A stretch of 11,536 nt of DNA, from assembly GCA_018238545.1 (NCBI GenBank), contig JABCTC010000069.1:1-11536 (forward strand), written 5' to 3'. The notes beneath the pieces are model-generated. The model saw only the letters and a program-made list of their open reading frames with translations. It searched no databases and was not told where the DNA came from. Below, in pieces: positions 1 to 7,240 of the stretch (positions within the stretch are counted from its first letter, which is position 1; the number at the start of each line of letters is the position of its first letter). Origin of the DNA: Candidatus Heimdallarchaeota archaeon (lineage in GTDB: Archaea; Asgardarchaeota; Heimdallarchaeia; Heimdallarchaeales; Heimdallarchaeaceae). Made by a program: the position numbers and the translations under genes.

Positions 1-520
1 AATAGATTATCCTTGCATCAGCAGGAATCCTATCTCCTTGATCCAATTCGATTAAGTCACCAGGTACCAAATCTACTGCAACTATTTGTCTAGGTACACC
101 ATCTCGTATTACCGTTGATCTTGGAGCAGCTAGCTTGTGTAATGCATCCAATTTGAATTGAGCTCTTATTTGTTGAAAAATTGTAAAACCAATATTGAAA
201 ACAATTATTATCAACCAAAAGCCAATTTGCCCAATAATGCCATCTACCCATATTGCCATGAAAATTAGAATAGAAGAAACAATAAGGTAGATATTGATTA
301 ACCAATTGAATAATGGAGCTAGATATATCTCCCAAATTGATCCTTTGATTTTGGGAATTACATTAGGACCATATTGTTTTAGTCGTTTATCTGCTTCATC
401 ATCATGTAAACCAAATCTGATATCAGTATTGAGTTCCCCACTTATTTTATCTTCTGAAAGATGATGAGGACATAAGTATTTTTGAGTTAAAAATTCTGTT
501 TGCTTGGTTCTTTTTCGCAT
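1..520 (-). CDS. Cation-transporting P-type ATPase, type II (Ca2+-ATPase-like); 5' part only, runs off the window start
   Basis: Manual translation from ATG 520 (alternative GTG 526) is open to the window edge: MRKRTKQ...GLHDDEADKRLKQYGPNVIP (Cation_ATPase_N motif), two hydrophobic helices, then VIRDG...DLVPGDLIELDQGDRIPADARII (actuator domain). Not in the ORF track. Confidence 0.95.
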   Translation of the reverse strand, partial: MRKRTKQTEFLTQKYLCPHHLSEDKISGELNTDIRFGLHDDEADKRLKQYGPNVIPKIKGSIWEIYLAPLFNWLINIYLIVSSILIFMAIWVDGIIGQIGFWLIIIVFNIGFTIFQQIRAQFKLDALHKLAAPRSTVIRDGVPRQIVAVDLVPGDLIELDQGDRIPADARIIY

Positions 521-563
521 GGGCACACAACCAGCTATGGTAAGAAATTAACAAAACTATGCA

Positions 564-577
564 ATATAAACTTTAAG
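564..577 (-). promoter_or_regulatory. Putative TATA box for the P-type ATPase
   Basis: Minus strand reads CTTAAAGTTTATAT, about 45-55 nt upstream of ATG 520. Confidence 0.4.
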
Positions 578-625
578 CTGATATATTGAGAAATATTTAA
601 CAATCAACACTTCTTTTACAAATTA

Positions 626-638
626 AGTAAAGTTTAAG
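626..638 (+). promoter_or_regulatory. Putative BRE/TATA for the NTase-KaiC operon
   Basis: AGTAAAG followed by TTTAAG, about 60 nt upstream of ATG 699. Confidence 0.4.
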
Positions 639-650
639 AGAGCATCCACA

Positions 651-677
651 ATTGTTTGTTTAGCGATAAACAAAAAT
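651..677. repeat. Inverted repeat or hairpin TTTGTTTA-GCGA-TAAACAAA
   Basis: Perfect 8-bp arms at 655-662 and 667-674 around GCGA (GNRA-type loop). The stem extends 3 bp further if G654 is bulged. Confidence 0.55.
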
Positions 678-698
678 AAAATTTACAAGTGATTAACT

Positions 699-1526
699 AT
701 GAGCACACCCCCCTCTAAACCTCCTAGTCCTGGTATTCGTCGCGCTGGTCCTGATGGTAGACCACTAGGTCCTGACGGAAAGCCAATGGGACCTATCTTA
801 TTGCGAGATGAATACAAAAATCTGGTTGATGGATTTACTAACGATATCAAAAAAGAATTATCTAAAGAAGTTAAGAGTCTTCTTCTAATTGGAAGTTATG
901 TTACAGCAGAGCACATCGCTGGTGAATCTGATTGTGATTTTCTTATAGTCTTAGATGAAAAAGCATCTGGAGATAATTTTCAACAATCAATGGAAGCAAT
1001 AAGTAAAATTGTTTTCAAATATCTAGAAGATCCACTATTTGGTTCAATAATTGATGTTGAGGTTCTAGGGGCAAGTGATGTACCCACCAAAGGAGACACA
1101 GATTATCCTTGGACAAAAGTACTAGTAGCTCAACGAGGTAAAACACTAATTGGAGACAACCCATTTACAAAAATTAAGATAAGTGAAGAAAATATCAAAA
1201 TGTCAGCTAAAGAGATGGCTTTAGTCTATCTAGAGCAACTCGAAGAAATTATTGCTACTGATGAGATTGATGAATATGACCAACGATACTTAACTGTTGA
1301 AGCAGTTCTGGGGTGTGGATGTGCATATCTTTACTATCATGGTGAAAAAGAATTCTACCGAAGTTCAGCTATAATTCTTTTTGAAGATAAATACAGGGAT
1401 AAAATAGATATTGATCCAATCCAAATCAGTCATAGATTAAGGTTAGCGGTAAAGACTCTTGATATGAAGGATTTCATTCCCAAATCTTTAGACTTCTGTA
1501 AGAAAGTTGTCTCTGAATTGAAATAA
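699..1526 (+). CDS. Pol-beta superfamily nucleotidyltransferase (MNT/KNTase/ANT-like) with a C-terminal helical (HEPN-like or substrate-binding) domain and a Pro/Gly-rich N-terminal extension
   Basis: hhhhG65S66-x11-D78xD80hhhh (LLLIGSYVTAEHIAGESDCDFLIV), third acidic residue in IID119VEV, MNT-typical GKTLIG strand, then about 110 aa of predicted helical bundle. Confidence 0.85.
   Translation: MSTPPSKPPSPGIRRAGPDGRPLGPDGKPMGPILLRDEYKNLVDGFTNDIKKELSKEVKSLLLIGSYVTAEHIAGESDCDFLIVLDEKASGDNFQQSMEAISKIVFKYLEDPLFGSIIDVEVLGASDVPTKGDTDYPWTKVLVAQRGKTLIGDNPFTKIKISEENIKMSAKEMALVYLEQLEEIIATDEIDEYDQRYLTVEAVLGCGCAYLYYHGEKEFYRSSAIILFEDKYRDKIDIDPIQISHRLRLAVKTLDMKDFIPKSLDFCKKVVSELK
747..794 (+). repeat. Degenerate 21-bp in-frame tandem repeat (about 2.3 copies) encoding GPDGRPL-GPDGKPM-GP
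   Basis: ggtcctgatggtagaccacta / ggtcctgacggaaagccaatg / ggacct. Confidence 0.8.
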
Positions 1527-1528
1527 AA

Positions 1529-1534
1529 GAGGAG
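1529..1534 (+). promoter_or_regulatory. Shine-Dalgarno site for the KaiC-like gene
   Basis: GAGGAG 5 nt before ATG 1540, within a 13-nt intergenic gap; typical of an internal operon gene. Confidence 0.7.
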
Positions 1535-1539
1535 AAAGT

Positions 1540-2196
1540 ATGTCAGTAAGAACTAGTATAGATATATTGGTTGATAGTGTAGAAGGTTCTGTAGTTCTTT
1601 GCATAGGTGAATCAGGAACAGCAAAAGAAGAAATGGCATACAGATTTGTTGAGGACGGTTTTCAGAAAGGAGAAAATGTTATAGCAGTTTTATTTGCTCA
1701 CTCAGCTAGTGATTATCTTGAGGAATTGAAAAAACGAGACGACAAGAATGAAGCTTATCTTAAGAAAGGCCAACTTAACATTATAGACGCTATTTCTTAT
1801 AGGTCAATTCCAGAGGTAAAACCTCCTAAAACATTCTTTTTAGAAAATGCAAACGATTTGCTAACGCTCTCTGTCGCCTTGAATGAGCAATCTCAAAAAG
1901 CTGATAAACTACGAATTGTTTTTGATCAACTTGCTCTCCTAACATTATATAATGAACCAATGCAAGTTTTAAACTTCCTTCAAACATTAGCCGCAAGGGT
2001 TAGAGATAGAGACCAAGCCATCTTGCTTTTATTAGATGCAGGAGTTATAGCCGAACAAACAGAAAAAACTCTCCATACAATAGTTGATGTTCTAGCTGAA
2101 ACAAAAAGAACAGATGAACCCACAGGTCCTCAACAGCTTGTCAGAATCAAGTTTGCTAAAAATCAATATGAACCTCGATGGGTACAGGTAGTATAA
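1540..2196 (+). CDS. Single-domain KaiC/RAD55 (RecA-fold) family protein with degenerate ATPase motifs
   Basis: VVLCIGESGTAKE (Walker A-like), FVEDGFQKGENVI, LNIIDA, RIVFDQL (Walker B-like), LHTIVDVL, VRIK: the motif order of archaeal KaiC/RAD55/DUF835 proteins. Confidence 0.85.
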   Translation: MSVRTSIDILVDSVEGSVVLCIGESGTAKEEMAYRFVEDGFQKGENVIAVLFAHSASDYLEELKKRDDKNEAYLKKGQLNIIDAISYRSIPEVKPPKTFFLENANDLLTLSVALNEQSQKADKLRIVFDQLALLTLYNEPMQVLNFLQTLAARVRDRDQAILLLLDAGVIAEQTEKTLHTIVDVLAETKRTDEPTGPQQLVRIKFAKNQYEPRWVQVV

Positions 2197-2210
2197 ATTA
2201 TTCACCCATC

Positions 2211-2225
2211 ACAAAATATTTTATC
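2211..2225 (+). promoter_or_regulatory. BRE/TATA of a probable leaderless promoter for the M24 peptidase
   Basis: ACAAAATA-TTTTATC, with the TATA element 22-28 nt before ATG 2247 and no SD. Confidence 0.5.
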
Positions 2226-2246
2226 TCCTATTTTCACATCATGTAG

Positions 2247-3443
2247 ATGATATTAGAATACGACTTTTTTCCTAAAAAAGAGTTTTTAGACAGGATAGAG
2301 CATCATCAAAAAGAGCTCGTAGAATCTGAAGTAGATTTTTCTATAATTCAATATAAATCAGACCTCTATTATTATTCAGGAACTGGTCAATCTTGTATAT
2401 TGGTAGTATCAGCTGAAAGTGAACCGTTACTCTTTGGAAGGCGAGAAATCAAAAGAATAAAGCAAGAAACAGCATTAGAGAATATTATTGCAATAAAAAA
2501 TACTAGAGAAATTTTCTCACATCTAACCGATTGGGGAATTAGAGTAAAAGGGGGTAAATTTGGTCTTGAAGGGGATATCCTTCCTGCTGATATGTATCAT
2601 AAGGCTGAAAAAATATTCCCAGAGAAACAAGCGATTTCTATTGGATCTTTACTTCGAAAGATACGATCTGTTAAGAGTGATAATGAGATTGATGCTTTGA
2701 AAAAATCTGCTAGTATTCTAGATGAAATCCATGAGCTAGTGCCATCAATAATCAAAGAAGGTATGACAGAGATAGAAGTTAGCTCAATACTTAACAATGA
2801 AATGCGGATTAGAGGAGCTCAACCCACAGTTAGAAGCAGAGATTTCTATACAGAGACAGGAGGAATAGGACTTGTCCTATCAGGCACCAACACAGCAATT
2901 AGCAGTTACACTCTGACAGCAACTGCAGGTCCGGGCATACATCAATCAAACCCAGCTGGACCAAGTTTCAAAAAGATTGAACGAGGAGAAATTATTTTTG
3001 TAGATTTTTCACTTGCTTACAAAGGTTACATCACAGATGAAACTAGATGTCATGTTCTAGGTCAAGCTTCTGATGAAATCAAGGACAGATATCAAAAAAC
3101 TTGGGAATTTGAAAAATTCATGAGTAACAAGATGAAAAAAGGTAAAAAAGTGAGTGAGATTTATCATGAAACATATGACTTCGCTGAAGAGCTCGGTGTT
3201 AAAAATGAACTAATGTCGGGGGGGCAGATTCCTTTCTTAGGGCATGGAGTTGGTTTAGAGCTAAGTGAACCACCAATTATCACAAAAAAATCAGATTATA
3301 TTCTGAAAGAAGGTAATGTAATCGCTTTAGAGCCAAAATTAATTTATCCAAATAAGATGGTAATAGGCTCAGAAAATACGTATGTTATTAGCAAAAATGG
3401 AACAGTGCAAATAACCAATGCAGCCCAACCTCTACTAGAATAG
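2247..3443 (+). CDS. M24 family metallopeptidase (Xaa-Pro dipeptidase/aminopeptidase, creatinase-N + pita-bread fold)
   Basis: DLYYYSG, RSVKSDNEI, and metal ligands in VDF...GYITDETR, GHGVGLE, LEPK and GSENT. Confidence 0.93.
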   Translation: MILEYDFFPKKEFLDRIEHHQKELVESEVDFSIIQYKSDLYYYSGTGQSCILVVSAESEPLLFGRREIKRIKQETALENIIAIKNTREIFSHLTDWGIRVKGGKFGLEGDILPADMYHKAEKIFPEKQAISIGSLLRKIRSVKSDNEIDALKKSASILDEIHELVPSIIKEGMTEIEVSSILNNEMRIRGAQPTVRSRDFYTETGGIGLVLSGTNTAISSYTLTATAGPGIHQSNPAGPSFKKIERGEIIFVDFSLAYKGYITDETRCHVLGQASDEIKDRYQKTWEFEKFMSNKMKKGKKVSEIYHETYDFAEELGVKNELMSGGQIPFLGHGVGLELSEPPIITKKSDYILKEGNVIALEPKLIYPNKMVIGSENTYVISKNGTVQITNAAQPLLE

Positions 3444-3458
3444 ATGAATCCTAGAACG

Positions 3459-4247
3459 TTATGTTTTCTTCTCATTTCTTGATATTATCCACTGGGATAA
3501 TCTTCTTACTATGAACATATTAGATAAGAACAAAGACAGATGATTCAGGAAACCAGGTACATAGACAACTTTACCTTTACGAGCTGCTTTCAATGATTTC
3601 TTTACAACTTCAGCAGAGCTCATCCAGAGTCTTTTTGGCACAGTAGATTTGTCAAATTCTTCAAGTTCTTTGGTATCATGAAATTCTGAATAAGTCATTC
3701 CTGGACAAAGAGCGTGAATATTGATATTTGTATTTCTCAACTCTTCTTGCAATGATTCTGAAAATGTTATGAGAAAAGCTTTCGTAGTAGTATAAGTAAC
3801 GTCCCCAAACTTTATCATCAATCCACTCATTGATGAAACATTGATTATCAGCCCTTCATTCTTTCTAAGCATGATGGGAACAGCTGCACGACTGAGCATA
3901 TAACTTGCAACAACATGAACATTTACCATAGCTAACTGCCGCTCATAATCACCTTTAGCAAAACTAGAAGATAATCCAAAACCAGCATTATTAACTAAAA
4001 CATTAATATGATCCAACGATTTTATGATTTCTACTACATTTGTAATTTGCTCTATTATAGAAAGATCTGCAACTATTACTTTAGTTTCGACTGAAAACTG
4101 ATCAGCAAGGGTTTCAGCTAATGCATCTAGTTTGTGTTTTCTTCTTGCAACTAAAATCAAATTATATCCTTCTTTTGCTAGAATTTCTGCAAAAGATTTG
4201 CCAATTCCACTTGAAGCTCCAGTTATAAGTGCTGTTTTTTCTGACAC
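3459..4247 (-). CDS. Classical short-chain dehydrogenase/reductase (DltE-like, probably NADP(H)-dependent)
   Basis: TGASSGIG, VARR, NNAG, NVSS, YTTTK, CPG. The start is most likely GTG 4247 (MSEKTALITG), 4 nt after the znuA stop and preceded by AAGGA; ATG 4277 is an alternative. The track start at 4364 would overlap znuA by 113 nt. Confidence 0.92.
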   Translation of the reverse strand: MSEKTALITGASSGIGKSFAEILAKEGYNLILVARRKHKLDALAETLADQFSVETKVIVADLSIIEQITNVVEIIKSLDHINVLVNNAGFGLSSSFAKGDYERQLAMVNVHVVASYMLSRAAVPIMLRKNEGLIINVSSMSGLMIKFGDVTYTTTKAFLITFSESLQEELRNTNINIHALCPGMTYSEFHDTKELEEFDKSTVPKRLWMSSAEVVKKSLKAARKGKVVYVPGFLNHLSLFLSNMFIVRRLSQWIISRNEKKT

Positions 4248-4251
4248 AAAA

Positions 4252-5319
4252 TCATTCCTTATTGTTTTTTGGCTCATTTCTTTTTTTCTTGAATTTGAAA
4301 GTATTCCCCTTAAAACGCAGAAAGACAAGCAGTAGAATACTACCCACAAAAAATACTCCACCAATAGCTAAAGATGTTACAATCCATTGATTGTCTTCGA
4401 TATCTTCTGGGGACAACAACGCGTTAATATCATCTATTATCATTTGGATATAATTGTCATCTACATCATCTCGCAACATTGGTGACAATTTAGCAAGTTT
4501 GGAATTTGTATCTCTAGCAATTTGTATAACTAATTGTTCCTCAATTTGTGGTTGGGTGATAATAGTGGTCACATTTTGTTCTATCATAATGTTAACAATT
4601 TCTTGTATGTGTTGTGCTGAAGGTTCTGAGCCTTCATGTTCTTCAATTATCCCTACTCTTTCAACACCAAGCAAGTTTAACAAGTAGAAAAATGACGGGT
4701 GCTGTACGACTACTTTTAAGCCATTGGTTCGATTGAAATAATAATCTTCGATATCAAATATCAACTCATCTAAATTAGAAAGATAATTATCTCTGTTTAT
4801 TTCATATTGTCCTCTATTTGCAAAGTCCAGAGTAATAATGCTATCCGTTATGTTTGATACAAAGTTTTTGGCAATTATAGGACTCATCCACACATGTGCA
4901 TTTAGATATCCTGAAACTGGATCAATTTCCATTATCTCCTCTGAGGCTAGCGTAAGAACATTAAGTGAAGGAAATGCGTCTAAAACATTCTCAACCCAAG
5001 GTTCAATTCCAGGTAAACCCAGTCTTACAAACAAATCTGCATCACCTATCATCTGAATCTCACTTGAAGTTAAGGAATATGTATGAGGATCCTCAGAACC
5101 TGTAACGATAGAAACTGGAGTGAAAAGAGTATCACCTACTTGAGATGCCCAATCGGCGATTATTGATAGTGTCGTCACAACACTAATTACTCCACTAGTT
5201 TCATTTATGTTAGAAATTATAGTCGGCTTATAAGACATACCAGCCATAGCTGAATATGGGGATAGAAAGAGAACCATAGTAAAAATGAGAATAACTATTT
5301 TATGAGTTTTAGAAGACAT
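4252..5319 (-). CDS. znuA: Zn/Mn ABC transporter substrate-binding protein (ZnuA/TroA family) with N-terminal signal peptide and C-terminal TM anchor
   Basis: VVTT, DPHTY, ADLFV, NAHVWMSP, QHPSFFYL, EPS (three His ligands). The C-terminal hydrophobic helix is followed by a basic tail. ATG 5319 (or TTG 5322). Confidence 0.92.
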   Translation of the reverse strand: MSSKTHKIVILIFTMVLFLSPYSAMAGMSYKPTIISNINETSGVISVVTTLSIIADWASQVGDTLFTPVSIVTGSEDPHTYSLTSSEIQMIGDADLFVRLGLPGIEPWVENVLDAFPSLNVLTLASEEIMEIDPVSGYLNAHVWMSPIIAKNFVSNITDSIITLDFANRGQYEINRDNYLSNLDELIFDIEDYYFNRTNGLKVVVQHPSFFYLLNLLGVERVGIIEEHEGSEPSAQHIQEIVNIMIEQNVTTIITQPQIEEQLVIQIARDTNSKLAKLSPMLRDDVDDNYIQMIIDDINALLSPEDIEDNQWIVTSLAIGGVFFVGSILLLVFLRFKGNTFKFKKKRNEPKNNKE

Positions 5320-5340
5320 CAAGTAAAAAAACTGATTCTT

Positions 5341-5382
5341 CTTTATATTAATTTTTTGTACATACCCAAAATCATTTTATAT
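5341..5382. promoter_or_regulatory. Back-to-back BRE/TATA promoters for znuA and znuBC (probably leaderless)
   Basis: Plus strand CCCAAAATCA-TTTTATAT (TATA 5375-5382, ATG 5404). Minus strand CAAAAAA-TTAATATAAA (about 5351-5342, ATG 5319). Neither gene has an SD. Confidence 0.6.
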
Positions 5383-5403
5383 TTCACTCATTTATCCTAG
5401 TAT

Positions 5404-6426
5404 ATGGCATCGATTCTTGATTTCATATACTCTTTAGCAACACCGTTAATGATTAAAGCTTTACTTACAGCAATAATTATTGGAGTTTTAGGGGGGATTG
5501 TCGGAGTTTTTGTTCTGTTAAAAGGTATGGTGTTTCTTGGTGAGGCTATAGCCCATTCAGCTTTTGCCGGAGCTGCATTGGGGATACTCTTAGGCATAGA
5601 TCCACTTATTACAGTTATGATTTTTGGAATCACTTCTTCTATAGGTATTGGTTATGTTAATGAAAAAAAGGTTATGAAGGATGAAATAATTATTGGAGTA
5701 GTATTTACCAGTTTCATGGCTTTAGCTATACTCTTCATAGGATTAATGCCATTTTACTCAACAGATGTAACTTCAATATTGTTTGGAGATATTCTCCTCA
5801 TTTCTTGGGAAAATTTCATTTTACTCATTAGTGTGGCTGCAGGAGTTTTACTCATCATTTTTGCTCTAAAGAAGGAATTATACTTGATAACATTTAATGA
5901 AGAAATGGCTTTAGTAGCAGGTATTCCAATAAGATTTCTAAATTATCTCTTTCTAATACTTATAGCAGTTACAATTGACGTTTCATTGAAAGCAATAGGA
6001 GCAATTTTAGTTTTTGCAATGATAATTACGCCTGCTGCAGCAGCTTATCAATGGACATTTAAGCTAAACAAAATGCTTTTGTTGTCAGCATTATTTGGTG
6101 TAATTTCAGCTTTTCTAGGGTTATTTTTCTCATTTATCTGGGATCTACCTTCTGGATCAACTATTGTTGGAGTTGCAACATTAATTTTTGCTCTATCATT
6201 TATTGTGTCTCCGAAGAGAAGAAAGTCTGGAACAGGACATGATATTGAGAATTGTGAATATTGCGCAAAATCCATTAATGGCAGAAAATTCTGTCTGGAA
6301 GAAAGTTGTATAGCCAAAGAGATTCCACACAAACATAGTGAGGGAGAGTTGATTATTTATAAAAAAGATTTGAAGGAAAAAAGTATTCCGTCTATACACA
6401 AACATGAAACGGAGGGTGAAGAGTGA
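5404..6426 (+). CDS. znuB: Zn/Mn ABC transporter permease (ABC-3/ZnuB) with a 71-aa Cys/His-rich C-terminal extension
   Basis: GEAIAHSAFAG, LFGDIL, TFNEEMA...GI, IGAILV.AMIITPAAAA, DLPSG; multiple TM helices. Confidence 0.95.
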   Translation: MASILDFIYSLATPLMIKALLTAIIIGVLGGIVGVFVLLKGMVFLGEAIAHSAFAGAALGILLGIDPLITVMIFGITSSIGIGYVNEKKVMKDEIIIGVVFTSFMALAILFIGLMPFYSTDVTSILFGDILLISWENFILLISVAAGVLLIIFALKKELYLITFNEEMALVAGIPIRFLNYLFLILIAVTIDVSLKAIGAILVFAMIITPAAAAYQWTFKLNKMLLLSALFGVISAFLGLFFSFIWDLPSGSTIVGVATLIFALSFIVSPKRRKSGTGHDIENCEYCAKSINGRKFCLEESCIAKEIPHKHSEGELIIYKKDLKEKSIPSIHKHETEGEE

Positions 6427-7172
6427 TGGGTGATGACATATCATCAGATAACGGCATAGTTATTTGTATGAGGGATATAAGCGTCGTTTATGGTGACTTT
6501 GCTGCGTTATATGAGATAAATTTAGATATAAAAAAAGGAGATTTTATTGGAATTTGTGGTCCAAACGGGAGTGGAAAAACGACACTACTAAAAACTATGA
6601 TAGGTTTGATTCAACCAATTGCAGGAAAAATGACACTGTATGGGGAAGAGATTATTGATTCTGTTCCAGTTCATACTAGGTTTCGAATAGGATATGTCCC
6701 ACAAATTACTACCATAGATAAAAATTTCCCAGCACTAGTAAAAGATGTAGTAGAGATGGGAAGATATGCGAAAGCAGGATTAGTAAATAGGATTAGAAAA
6801 ATTGACAAACAAAAAGCAATGGATGCATTGCGATTAGTAGATATGGAACATTCTGCTGAAAGACCTATTGGTCATCTTAGTGGAGGGCAACAACAAAGAG
6901 TTCTCATTGCTCAAGCATTAGCAGCTGAAGCTGAAGTATTGTTGTTAGATGAATTTACTTCCGCTTTAGATTTTCGAATGACAGAGGATATTATGGAACT
7001 TCTGGATTATCTCAATTATACACACAAAATTACAATCATCACTGTTGGACATAATATAGAAATCCTAAGAGCATATTGCAATAGAATTGTTTGTATAAAC
7101 AAAGTGATAGCATTCGATGGAGATCCCAAAGATTCTGAGCTAGATAAAGCTATTATCAAGATATTCCACTAA
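6426..7172 (+). CDS. znuC: Zn/Mn ABC transporter ATP-binding subunit
   Basis: GPNGSGKT, IGYVPQ, FP..V.DVV.MGRY, LSGGQQQR, LLLDE, H-loop VGHN. The ATG overlaps the znuB stop (TGATG) with SD GGAGG upstream; alternative GTG 6423. Confidence 0.95.
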   Translation: MGDDISSDNGIVICMRDISVVYGDFAALYEINLDIKKGDFIGICGPNGSGKTTLLKTMIGLIQPIAGKMTLYGEEIIDSVPVHTRFRIGYVPQITTIDKNFPALVKDVVEMGRYAKAGLVNRIRKIDKQKAMDALRLVDMEHSAERPIGHLSGGQQQRVLIAQALAAEAEVLLLDEFTSALDFRMTEDIMELLDYLNYTHKITIITVGHNIEILRAYCNRIVCINKVIAFDGDPKDSELDKAIIKIFH

Positions 7173-7240
7173 TCTAACTTTCTTAGAATAATTATAGCAA
7201 GAAAGTAAAGAGTTTTTGAAATAAACAATTTGCTTGCATA

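Noticed and set aside
90-335. 81-aa minus-strand ORF in the track
   Set aside because: Out-of-frame shadow inside the P-type ATPase gene.
699-2196. Reading the NTase-ATPase pair as CBASS or a classic MNT-HEPN toxin-antitoxin
   Set aside because: There is no effector, HORMA/TRIP13 or E1/E2 gene, no RxxxxH motif and no defence-island or mobile context; the partner is RecA-fold rather than AAA+.
2241-2249. ATG-TAG-ATG in frame at the M24 start (minimal uORF or amber read-through)
   Set aside because: It probably lies at or upstream of the leaderless TSS, would add only 2 residues, and is likely chance.
2597-2797. 66-aa antisense ORF
   Set aside because: Shadow of the M24 peptidase; no motifs.
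4278-4364. N-terminal 29 aa of the SDR in the ORF track (looks like a TM helix)
   Set aside because: It overlaps the znuA 3' end; GTG 4247 with an SD fits better.
4132-5056. Three plus-strand ORFs (4132-4335, 4454-4687, 4838-5056)
   Set aside because: Antisense shadows of the SDR and znuA, with the Ser/Ile-rich composition typical of reverse frames.
5397-6444. Minus-strand ORFs 5397-5633, 6048-6332 and 6196-6444
   Set aside because: Antisense shadows of znuB.
6948-6971. ZnuC D-loop DEFTSALD instead of DEPT..LD
   Set aside because: A single substitution with all catalytic motifs intact; no evidence of a functional effect.
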